From Ranitomeya imitator (Eukaryota), in assembly GCF_032444005.1 (NCBI RefSeq), contig NC_091291.1:4216001-4280000 (forward strand): a stretch of 64,000 nucleotides of DNA, written 5' to 3'. Below the pieces are notes generated by a model. The model searched no databases and was not told where the DNA came from. It saw only the letters and a list, made by a program, of their open reading frames with translations. The translations under genes and the position numbers were made by a program. Positions 36,985-47,898 of this stretch are shown one piece after another; position 1 is the first letter of the stretch; every line of letters begins with the position of its first letter.

Positions 36985-37764
36985 TGGTCCCGACCTCTGT
37001 GCCCCGCGGGGTTTCTATCTGATGGACCAGAGCAGCACTGGACACTCTTGGATCTGGCGGACAATGATGGTGGTTCTGTTGTTGCTCCTTTGACGGCGTC
37101 TGATGAAGGTTTCCTGTTCTCGTCTTGGGTTGGGGGTCTCCCATACAGACCTACGTTCTTCTGCTGCTGGGATCAGCTTCTTCAGAACCTCACGGACCTT
37201 TCTGGTGGATTGCGGTGGGCCGATCTATTACAGGACGTCTGAAGCCTCCTGGAAATCCTCAGGAGCCCTGAAAACTGTTTACTGAAAATGGCGCCACTAA
37301 ATGGTCGCCGACTAAACCGGTCACCAAAGATCTAATCCCAAAACGTGACCTCACATGAGGCGGCCAGTCTGCCATTCTGCATCAGGGAAAGCTGGGTGCC
37401 CCCAATATTATTTCCAAGACCCCTTAGCCTTTTCTGCAGGTATGGAGGCTTTTCCACAATCCTGAGGATCGGCTGCCGCTTTCTGTCCCTGCGGCCGGGT
37501 CTAGACTTGTGCTCCCCCACCTAAGTGCCTTATGGTGGCGCCCCCATGGGGGGTCCTAACCTGAGTAAGTGTAGCTTGGGGTCTTCAGCCTTCCCCTCCG
37601 CCTCCATGTTTATATATTTTCTTGTCAGATTTTTGGTGCAATTAAAATTTCTAAAGATTTTAAATGATTTTATACAAGAAGCCGAATGTGAAGAGGAAAA
37701 CGAGCGAGAGATGCTGGGGGTCCGGCCGAGCACGGGCTCCGTACACAGTCACGGGGTATCCTAC

Positions 37765-39190
37765 ACTCCAGTCACCTCCAGAGCTGCAGTCACCACGTCT
37801 GTACTCCAGTCACCACGTCTTGTTTTCATTCACAGCCAGCGCTGCAGTCACTTTGTCTCATATTCCAGTCACCTCCGGAGCTGCAGTCACCTTATGTCTC
37901 ATACTCCAGTCACCTCCGGAGCTGCAGTCACCTTATGTCTCATACTCCAGTCACTTCCGGAGCTGCAGTCACCTTATGTCTCCTACTCCAGTCGCCTCCG
38001 GAGCTGCAGTCACCTTATGTCTCCTACTCCAGTCGCCTCCGGAGCTGCAGTCACCTTATGTCTCATACTCCAGTCGCCTCCAGAGTTGCAGTCACCTTAT
38101 GTCTCCTACTCCAGTCGCCTCCGGAGCTGCAGTCACCTTATGACTCATACTCCAGTCGCCTTTGGAGCTGCAGTCACCTTATGTCTCATACTTCATTCAC
38201 CTCCGGAGCTGCAGTCACCTTATGTCTCATACTTCATTCGCCTCCGGAGCTGCAGTCACCTTATGTCTCATACTCCAGTCGCCTCCAGAGTTGTAGTCAC
38301 CTTATGACTCATACTCCAGTCGCCTTTGGAGCTGCAGTCACCTTATGTCTCATACTTCATTCACCTCCGGAGCTGCAGTCACCTTATGTCTCATACTTCA
38401 TTCGCCTCCGGAGCTGCAGTCACCTTATGTCTCATACTCCAGTCGCCTCCAGAGTTGTAGTCACCTTATGTCTCCTACTCCAGTCGCCTCCGGAGCTGCA
38501 GTCACCTTATGACTCATACTCCAGTCGCCTTTGGAGCTGCAGTCACCTTATGTCTCATACTTCATTCGCCTCCGGAGCTGCAGTCACCTTATGTCTCATA
38601 CTCCAGTCACCTCCGGAGCTGCAGTCACCTTATGTCTCATACTTCATTCGCCTCCGGAGCTGCAGTCACCTTATGTCTCATACTCCAGTCGCCTCCAGAG
38701 TTGTAGTCACCTTATGTCTCCTACTCCAGTCGCCTCCGGAGCTGCAGTCACCTTATGACTCATACTCCAGTCGCCTTTGGAGCTGCAGTCACCTTATGTC
38801 TCATACTTCATTCGCCTCCGGAGCTGCAGTCACCTTATGTCTCATACTCCAGTCACCTCCGGAGCTGCAGTCACCTTATGTCTCATACTTCATTCGCCTC
38901 CGGAGCTGCAGTCACCTTATGTCTCATACTCCAGTCGCCTCCAGAGTTGCAGTCACCTTATGTCTCCTACTCCAGTCGCCTCCGGAGCTGCAGTCACCTT
39001 ATGACTCATACTCCAGTCGCCTTTGGAGCTGCAGTCACCTTATGTCTCATACTTCATTCACCTCCGGAGCTTCAGTCACCTTATGTCTCATACTTCATTC
39101 GCCTCCGGAGCTGCAGTCACCTTATGTTTCATACCCCACTCACAGCCACAGTTGCAGTCACTTTACGTCTCATACTCTAGTCACAGCCAG
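37765..39190. repeat. 41-bp minisatellite (TACTCCAGTCGCCTCCGGAGCTGCAGTCACCTTATGTCTCA) with a 246-bp higher-order repeat, probably within the NECAP2 3' UTR
   Basis: ORF starts recur at +246 (38509/38755; 38531/38777/39023). Confidence 0.95.
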
Positions 39191-39630
39191 AGCTGCAGGC
39201 ATCATTCCATAGTTTTCCGTGCTGCCCCCCGGTGGTGACTGTGTGAACCCTGTAGGACAAGGTGCAGCACACGATCCATCCCCCACAATGCAGGCCAGCC
39301 AGTGTGAGCTCATTATCAGGAGTGATTGTGATGAGTGCAGCTCTGGATGTGACTGCGGCATATGTGCAGTGCACATGATGTCACTCGAGAAGTAATGAAA
39401 CCTTTCCAGAGTGACTTTGCTGCAGCTTTACCTGTGATTGGAGCTGAGGAGCGCGGCTGCAGAGCTGACAATCTGCTCCGTTCTGGAACATTCCCGTCTG
39501 GGCCATTATTTCTTTGACCAATCGGCCTCTTTTCTGTTTTCGGCTTTTACTAATAACCGCGTGATTTTCTGGTTTTTGGGCTTTTTGTGTTTTAATATTT
39601 GTAAAATTCTTTGAAGATTTCTAACAGTGG

Positions 39631-39636
39631 AATAAA
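39631..39636 (+). terminator. Putative NECAP2 distal polyadenylation signal AATAAA
   Basis: Preceded by a U-rich tract; first AATAAA noticed after the stop codon. Confidence 0.55.
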
Positions 39637-39746
39637 GATTTATTTCAGTAACTAGAAGTCTCATTGTCGTTCTCCGATCACCGCCATCTTGGTTCTGCAG
39701 GGTGACGCCATTACTGCGCCCACATCTACAGGTTTCCTTTTACCGC

Positions 39747-41101
39747 TGTCACGGATCCCACCAATCTGTCACAGTTCACGGGCAGGATGCCTTTATCATC
39801 CCCACGGCTGACACCAATTTGTCACGAACCGGGGTTGTTTGCCCCTGGTTCTTTCTGTAGGGGATTTATCTATATCCCAGTTCCGGTTTGGAACTTGCAG
39901 CTCTCCAGCACCCCCCCCCCCCCCCTTACCCTCAGGTCAGTCAGGGTACTGCACCTGGGATAATTAGTCGCCAGAAAGGCTGCCTGCTATGTACTGGCTA
40001 CTGGGCACGCTGCAGCGAGGCGATATAACTACTTCCGCACAGGCGGGAACGATAATATCAACGCCGCCGGTCGCTGCAAAGACGCCCGATTGCACAGGAC
40101 AAAGTATGCTGCCACCAGCTCCGATTTCCTAAGGATTAACGGATCCGGAGCCAACCAAAATCAGTAGTGTAGTTCACCTCAGAGGACACGACAGTTCGTT
40201 ATAGAACAAGGAGAGACAAGCTAGTAAATTATATATTTTACTCCAAAAAAAGGTAGGCAGTATTTACAAAGTATAAAAAGCTATTATAATGAAGACAAAT
40301 CATGTGTACAATACAATTACAAATATAAAAAGGATTAAAATTGAAAAAAAAAAAACTTACATAGCGTTCAGATCATTTCATATCATCATGGCTGGGTGTG
40401 TGCTGAGGATGAGGAGGGGCCACATCTAGATGCATGTCACACATCTGTATAGCAACTAGCCCCCGGACAAAAAGACTCTGCAAGAATAGTGTCTCACTAA
40501 CTTATTCCCTAGCCTAAAACCAAAGCCCTTCCCCTGTGGTGACATCACTTAGAGACTGACACCTCCCCTTTACTTAGAATATGAAAACTTTTTACGCATG
40601 TCTCGCTGTATAAACCTCGTATAAGAAAGACACGATGATCAGAGTGTGCCCCACATCATGGAGATTTTTTTTTAAGTGTACACACGGAGTAATTACCTGC
40701 GGAGAAATTCACGCTTTGCACTCGTGTTTAGCTGCTAGTGTTTTCAGTGAGTGATAGATCTATCGATGGACATCCGGAATATATAATCCTTATATCCCTA
40801 GCCCGGATCGGTGTCGCTATAGATAACCTTAAAAGAACAAAGAATCTCATGGTGGCTACACCAGTTTCAACTAGTACCATGTGGGAGGGTGAATGAGTAG
40901 TTTTAGGGAAACTGGTCTGCCTGAGCATAGAATCATAAAAATTCTTCAGGAAGGGGTGAAATGAGGGGTTCTGAATTACACACAAGCAGCAGGCAGAGTG
41001 AGAAGCGGGGGGTTGGAATGGCCCACAGTGTGTCTGCCCTTGGATGTAGCAGAGCTCAGTGTGCGCGATAATACACAATCAAATACCTCATGTTCCTGAC
41101 A
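39747..41101. mobile_element. Solo LTR-like element, related to and inverted relative to 42415-43878
   Basis: TGTCACG...CCTGACA ends; flanks ACCGC/ACCGT (5-bp TSD with 1 mismatch); 39945-40080 is a diverged reverse complement of 43430-43565. Confidence 0.65.
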
Positions 41102-41454
41102 ACCGTCATTTCGATTTTTTTGTACGGTATCATTTCTGTACCACACGACTAGCTGCTGTATAATGAAGGGGCGCGTGGGGTTCGTACACTGTCAGGATCG
41201 AGAAGTGAGCGAACAGGCACCGCTCCAGTACGAGGGCCGTGGATACGCCGGGTACAGATGTGCAGGATCCTGGGTGACGTGGATACAAGTACATTGGCAG
41301 TGCCCTCACGAGGTATGTGCCATCTCCCAGGGTGTGTGCCACCCTATGTGACCATGTGAGTTGTCACCTGCCCCCATCGCATAATCCTGTGAGTCGGCCT
41401 GTGCTCCCCCCCCCTGCGTACCCTTGTTAGGCAATGCCACCAACTGGCATGCTG

Positions 41455-42396
41455 TGCCCCTATTGTGAGTTGGACCCTCTGGGTAGGTGAAGGCCGTGCT
41501 CCCATTGTGAGTCGGACCCTCTGGGTAGGTGAAGGCTGTGCTACCATTGTGAGTCGGACCCTCTGGGTAGGTGCGGGCTGTGCCCCCATTGTGAGTCGGA
41601 CCCTCTGGGTAGGTGCGGGCCGTGCCCCCATTGTGAGTCGGACCCTCTGGGTAGGTGCGGGCCGTGCCCCCATTGTGAGTCGGACCCTCTGGGTAGGTGC
41701 GGGCCGTGCCCCCATTGTGAGTCGGACCCTCTGGGTAGGTGCGGGCCGTGCCCCCATTGTGAGTCGGACCCTCTGGGTAGGTGCGGGCCGTGCCCCCATT
41801 GTGAGTCGGACCCTCTGGGTAGGTGCGGGCCGTGCCCCCATTGTGAGTCGGACCCTCTGGGTAGGTGCGGGCCGTGCCCCCATTGTGAGTCGGACCCTCT
41901 GGGTAGGTGCGGGCCGTGCCCCCATTGTGAGTCGGACCCTCTGGGTAGGTGCGGGCCGTGCCCCCATTGTGAGTCGGACCCTCTGGGTAGGTGCGGGCCG
42001 TGCCCCCATTGTGAGTCGGACCCTCTGGGTAGGTGCGGGCCGTGCCCCCATTGTGAGTCGGACCCTCTGGGTAGGTGCGGGCCGTGCCCCCATTGTGAGT
42101 CGGACCCTCTGGGTAGGTGCGGGCCGTGCCCCCATTGTGAGTCGGACCCTCTGGGTAGGTGCGGGCCGTGCCCCCATTGTGAGTCGGACCCTCTGGGTAG
42201 GTGCGGGCCGTGCCCCCATTGTGAGTCGGACCCTCTGGGTAGGTGCGGGCCGTGCCCCCATTGTGAGTCGGACCCTCTGGGTAGGTGCGGGCCGTGCCCC
42301 CATTGTGAGTCGGACCCTCTGGGTAGGTGCGGGCCGTGCCCCCATTGTGAGTCGGACCCTCTGGGTAGGTGCGGGCCGTGCCCCCATTGTGAGTCG
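41455..42396. repeat. 42-bp minisatellite (GTGAGTCGGACCCTCTGGGTAGGTGCGGGCCGTGCCCCCATT); one more unit at 44495-44535
   Basis: About 22 copies; 14-aa ORF periodicity. Confidence 0.96.
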
Positions 42397-42414
42397 TATA
42401 CAATATAAAGTGAC

Positions 42415-43878
42415 TGTCACGATATGGTATGAAATATCATGAGTAGTTCTCTTGCTAGCCTGCATGGGCTAAGCCCCCTTCGTGGAGTAACAGTTTGTAG
42501 CTGCAAATTCCTGGCTTTCCTTCTCTGAGAGTATGGGGGAAGAGAGGTTTTATTGCCGCATGGAATTTACAACTGGCATTTCCTGTGTAAGCTCTTGTTC
42601 AGCTATAAGGGAAGTAGAAACTTCAAGAATCCATGAAAGATTCTTTGTTTAGTTTTTGTTAGATGTTAGGCAAACGATTTAAGCTAGGAACATGAAAATA
42701 TATATTCGTAGTCTCACTCGGTGTATCTACACATCCCATGAAACTCGGGCTTCTAACTCCATCTGGTAAAGAAGTAGGGTTTTATCTGGAAAAATGTATC
42801 CCAGATAGGACATATTTGATCTCATTAGAATGCTCACGTTAATCCGAGATGAATTATGAGTATGTTAGGACTCTGACATGTTTTGTAGTGAAGTTATAGA
42901 AATCTGAGGAAATAGTTTAAAGTTTACTCAGAATGTAGAGAGAGGAGGGTCTGGATAAGCCAGCCCTTCTGTGATGTCAAAGCCTTAAGGTATTAAGTTT
43001 GTGGCAGGAGCCCCAGCTGACTCTCTTCTGCTGATTTCTCCTTCTGGACTGCTTGTCTTCTGAAGCCAGCAGCACGTCCAAATGAGCTGGGACATATGGA
43101 AAAACTCCACTAGCCTGGATGCCTGTCATGCTTTAAACATGTGAGTGTTGCTTTTCTCATTTATTCCCTTTATGTTATAATTACCCATGTACATATTTGC
43201 AATTGTCTCATTTGTAACTTCTTTATAAAATATTTTTGATAAAGCACTGCCTAATTAATTTTTTATGGGATATAATATTATATATTAGTCCGTTCTCCTG
43301 CTCTAACCTTACCCTGTCTTCTGAAGGGAAATACGCTACTGTTACTGTTGTGTTGGGTTAGCTTCGGACCTGTTTAATCGAAGCTGGTGGCAGCGAGAAG
43401 TGTGCAGACTTTTGGGTTATGTTGTAGCGGCTGCGGCGTTAATAATTATTGTTCCTGCCTGAGTGGGAGTAGTTATCGCGTCGCTGCAGCGTGCCCAATA
43501 GCCAGTACATAGCAGGCAGCCTTTCTGGCGACTAATTACCCAGGGTGCAGTACCTAATCTGACCTGAGAGTAAGGGGGCGCCAGAGAGCTGCAAGTGTTA
43601 AGTGGAACTGTAAGCGGGATATACATAAATCCCTGCAGTTTGTGGTATATTGAAAGCAGTGGGATACCTAGAATAAGCCCCTGCTGTAAACTAAGAGGTC
43701 AATAGCCTTGTGTGTGGTTTTTCATCACATCGTGGAGTGGAGGGATAACTAAGATAAGCCCCCCTGCACATGTGATAGCCGTCTGTTGGCCTAAAGTCAC
43801 CTCAATCCGTGACGTAGGGGTGACTGTCACGGTGTGACTCCTGACCCATTGGTGGCAGCGGTCAGGGGAATCGTGACA
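42415..43878. mobile_element. Solo LTR (1464 bp)
   Basis: TGTCACGA...TCGTGACA termini with a perfect 5-bp TSD GTGAC (42410-42414 / 43879-43883). Confidence 0.8.
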
Positions 43879-43941
43879 GTGACTAGCACACTCCAGGGTG
43901 TTGTGATGCAAAAAAGTGGGGATTTATTACATACAGTAAAT

Positions 43942-43980
43942 CACAAACGTTTCGGTCGATACTGGACCTTCATCAGTGTG
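43942..43980 (-). ncRNA. Minimal type I hammerhead ribozyme (mirror copy)
   Basis: Exact reverse complement of 44302-44340. Confidence 0.75.
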
Positions 43981-44301
43981 CTAGGTATAATTGTATACTT
44001 GTATGGCCCCAAAACAATAGAATACTCGGATTTGCATCAACTGACGGTGAGTCAGAATAATAGGTGGCGCTGAGGCTTAAGAGCTGTCAGTACGCCGGGA
44101 CACTAGGGATAAATGCGGTATCCACCGCTAATAGAGAGTGTCACACTATTAGCGGTGGATACCGCATTTATCCCTAGTGTCCCGGCGTACTGACAGCTCT
44201 TTTAAGCCTCAGCGCCACCTATTATTCTGACTCACCGTCAGTTGATGCAAATCCGAGTATTCTATTGTTTTGGGGCCATACAAGTATACAATTATACCTA
44301 G

Positions 44302-44340
44302 CACACTGATGAAGGTCCAGTATCGACCGAAACGTTTGTG
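44302..44340 (+). ncRNA. Minimal type I hammerhead ribozyme (Penelope type)
   Basis: CACA-CUGAUGA-A-GGUC-CAGUAUC-GACC-GAAA-CGUU-UGUG: stem I CACA/UGUG, stem II GGUC/GACC, loopless palindromic stem III, GUU cleavage triplet. Confidence 0.75.
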
Positions 44341-44822
44341 ATTTACTGTATGTAATAAATCCCCACTTTTTTGCATCACAACACCCTGGAGTGTGCTAGT
44401 CACTTTATATTGTATATGTTCAGGTTTGGGCACCTATGACTGTGCACCTCCCCTATTTAGGCTGTGCTTAGCATCTTCTATATCACAGTATCTTCCCATT
44501 GTGAGTCGGACCCTCTGGGTAGGTGCGGGCTGTGATGGAGACGGTGAGGGGTTTTGTGCAGGAGCAGAGTCACCTGAATTCCGGCCGTTCTCCCGTGACA
44601 ACCCCTCCACCCTGACAACCTCACAGGTTGTGTTTACCAGCCACACACACGCTAATAAGCTTTGGATTAGCGCCGCTGCCTTTCTCCGGCTTCCTACCTG
44701 GTAACCAGGGCGCAGAACAAAAGCCCTTTACATTGATTGATTGTGTGCGGGGCGGAGACGGCGGCCACCAAGGAAAGTGACCCGAGAGGACAGAAGCCAC
44801 CGAGCAGCAGTGAGGACGGCTG

Positions 44823-46785
44823 CAGCCCCGCACACAGGTGAGCCCGCCGCTCCCAGGGGCCCCCGCACACAGGTGAGCCCGCCGCTCCCAGGGGCCCCGC
44901 ACATAGGTGAGCCCACCGCTCCCAGGGGCCCCCGCACACAGGTGAGCCCGCCGCTCCCAGGGGCCCCCGCACACAGGTGAGCCCGCCGCTCCCAGGGGCC
45001 CCCGCACACAGGTGAGCCCGCCGCTCCCAGGGGCCCCCGCACACAGGTGAGCCCGCCGCTCCCAGGGGCCCCCGCACACAGGTGAGCCCGCCGCTCCCAG
45101 GGGCCCCCGCACACAGGTGAGCCCGCCGCTCCCAGGGGCCCCCGCACACAGGTGAGCCTGCCGCTTCAAGGGGTCCCCGCACACAGGTGAACCCGCTGCT
45201 CCCAGGGGCCCCCGCACACAGGTGAGCCTGCCGCTTCAAGGGGTCCCCGCACACAGGTGAACCCGCTGCTCCCAGGGGCCCCCGCACACAGGTGAGCCCG
45301 CCGCTCCCAGGGGCCCCCGCACACAGGTGAGCCCGCCGCTCCCAGGGGCCCCCGCACACAGGTGAGCCCACCGCTCCAAGGGGTCCCCGCACACAGGTGA
45401 ACCCGCTGCTCCCAGGGGCCCCCGCACACAGGTGAGCCCGCCGCTCCCAGGGGCCCCGCACACAGGTGAGCCCGCCGCTCCCAGGGGCTCCCACACACAG
45501 GTGAGCCCGCCGCTCCTAGGGGCCCCGCACACAGGTGAGCCCGCCGCTCCCAGGGGCCCCCGCACACAGGTGAGCCCGCCGCTCCCAGGGGCCCCCGCAC
45601 ACAGGTGAGCCCGCCGCTCCCAGGGGCCCCCGCACACAGGTGAGCCCGCCGCTCCCAGGGGCCCCCGCACACAGGTGAGCCCGCCGCTCCCAGGGGCCCC
45701 CGCACACAGGTGAGCCCGCCGCTCCCAGGGGCCCCCGCACACAGGTGAGCCCGCCGCTCCCAGGGGCCCCCGCACACAGGTGAGCCCGCCGCTCCCAGGG
45801 GCCCCCGCACACAGGTGAGCCCGCCGCTCCAAGGGGTCCCCGCACACAGGTGAACCCGCCGCTCCCAGGGGCCCCCGCACACAGGTGAGCCCGCCGCTCC
45901 CAGGGGCCCCGCACACAGGTGAGCCCGCCGCTCCCAGGGGCCCCCACACACAGGTGAGCCCGCCGCTCCCAGGGGCCCCGCACACAGGTGAGCCCGCCGC
46001 TCCCAGGGGCCCCGCACACAGCTGAGCCCGCCGCTCCCAGGGGCCCCCGCACACAGGTGAGCCCGCCGCTCCCAGGGGCCCCGCACACAGGTGAGCCCGC
46101 CGATCCCAGGGGCCCCCACACAGGTGAGCCCGCCGCTCCCAGGGGCCCCGCACACAGGTGAGCCCGCCGCTCCCAGGGGCCCCGCACACAGCTGAGCCCG
46201 CCGCTCCCAGGAGCCCCCGCACACAGCTGAGCCCGCCGCTCCCAGGAGCCCCCGCACACAGGTGAGCCCGCCGCTCCCAGGGGCCCCGCACACAGGTGAG
46301 CCCGCCGATCCCAGGGGCCCCCACACAGGTGAGCCCGCCGCTCCCAGGGGCCCCGCACACAGGTGAGCCCGCCGCTCCCAGGGGCCCCGCACACAGCTGA
46401 GCCCGCCGCTCCCAGGAGCCCCCGCACACAGGTGAGCCCGCCGCTCCCAGGGGCCCCGCACACAGCTGAGCCCGCCGCTCCCAGGGGCCCCCGCACACAG
46501 GTGAGCCCGCCGCTCCCAGGGGCCCCCGCACACAGGTGAGCCCGTTGCTCCCAGGGGCCCCGCACACAGATGAGCCCGTTGCTCCCAGGGGCCCCGCACA
46601 CAGATGAACCCTCCGCTCCCATGGGCCCCGCACACAGGTGAACCCGCCGCTCCCATGGGCCCCGCACACAGGTGAACCCGCCGCTCCCAGAGGCCCCGCA
46701 CACAGGTGAACCCGCCGCTCCCAGGGGCCCCGCAATACAGGTGAGCCCACCGCTCCCAGGGGCCCCGCACACAGGTGAGTCCGCC
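44823..46785. repeat. 34-35 bp GC-rich minisatellite (CCGCACACAGGTGAGCCCGCCGCTCCCAGGGGCCC)
   Basis: About 56 copies; period 35 measured at 45003/45038. Confidence 0.96.
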
Positions 46786-46986
46786 GTGCACACAGACGCT
46801 TCCAAAGTAAATCCCTGCCATTGGCTACTGAGCCGAGAGTTTGGGCGAGTGATGGAGCAATCGGGGGAGCCTCCATTACTGGGGCCGCGCTTCATGTATC
46901 TGTTAAAGGTGGACAAACTGTTGATGCAGCCGCAGGAGGACCCCGAGATCAGGGGCCACGTCCAGCACCAGGCTGCACACGGCACT

Positions 46987-47231
46987 ATGAAGAGAAAAGG
47001 TTACTCCAGCATAGGAAAATATAAAACTTCATCTTTAATGGAAAAATTTCATAAAAACAGGCACAATGCGGACAACAGATCCCAGAGAGCGGCCGACACG
47101 TTTCGGCACTCTGGTCATCATGGCGGAACGCTATGGGATCTGTTGTCCACATTGTGCCGGTTTTTATGAAATTTTTCCATTAAAGATGAAGTTTTATATT
47201 TTCCTACGTTGGAGTAACCTTTTCTCTTCAT
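46987..47231 (-). mobile_element. Fold-back element: 98-bp inverted arms around a 49-nt loop holding a degenerate hammerhead
   Basis: Arms 46987-47084 and 47134-47231 (about 4 mismatches); minus-strand loop GCC-ATGATGA-CCAGAGTGCC-GAAACGTGTC-GGC. Confidence 0.7.
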
Positions 47232-47274
47232 TCTTTGGAACTTGCGCTTTGGCGTCTCCGTGCGTGGAAAGAGA

Positions 47275-47893
47275 CTGCACATGGTGGGCCGATGTCTCCT
47301 GCGCCCCATTCCTTTCTTATACCCACTGCACATGGTGGGCCGACGTCTCCAGCGCTCCATTCCTTTCTTATACGCACAGCACATGGTGGGCCGATGTCTC
47401 CTGCGCCCCATTTCTTTCTTATACGCACAGCACATGGTGGGCCGATGTCTCCTGCGCCCCATTTCTTTCTTATACCCACTGCACATGGTGGGCCGACGTC
47501 TCCAGCGCTCCATTCCTTTCTTATACGCACAGCACATGGTGGGCCGACGTCTCCCGTGCCCCATTCCTTTCTTATACGCACAGCACATGGTGGGCCGACG
47601 TCTCCAGCGCTCCATTCCTTTCTTATACGCACAGCACATGGTGGGCCGACGTCTCCCGCGCTCCATTCCTTTCTTATACACACAGCACATGGTGGGCCGA
47701 CATCTCCCACGCCCCATTCCTTTCTTTTATGCACAGCACATGGTGGGCCGACGTCTCCCGCGCCCCATTCCTTTCTTATACACACAGCACATGGTGGGCC
47801 GACGTCTCCTGCGCCCCATTCCTTTCTTATACCCACAGCACATGGTGGGCCGACGTCTCCTGCGCCCCATTCCTTTCTTATACACACAGCACA
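47275..47893. repeat. 51-bp minisatellite, left part (CACATGGTGGGCCGACGTCTCCCGCGCCCCATTCCTTTCTTATACGCACAG)
   Basis: About 12 copies; same array resumes at 57179 after the CR1 insertion. Confidence 0.96.
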
Positions 47894-47898
47894 GCACA

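Larger units (their letters stand above)
42397..44494. mobile_element. Penelope-like inverted pseudo-LTR (fold-back) insertion, itself interrupted by a solo LTR
   Basis: 14-bp duplication CCCATTGTGAGTCG at 42383-42396 and 44495-44508; palindrome arms 43879-about 44140 and about 44143-44403, with the left arm continuing at 42397-42414; hammerhead cores in both arms. Confidence 0.75.

Noticed and set aside
46790-46985. Protein-like stretch LLSREFGRVMEQ...FMYLLKVDKLLMQ
   Set aside because: No recognisable family, no convincing splice sites, flanked by repeats
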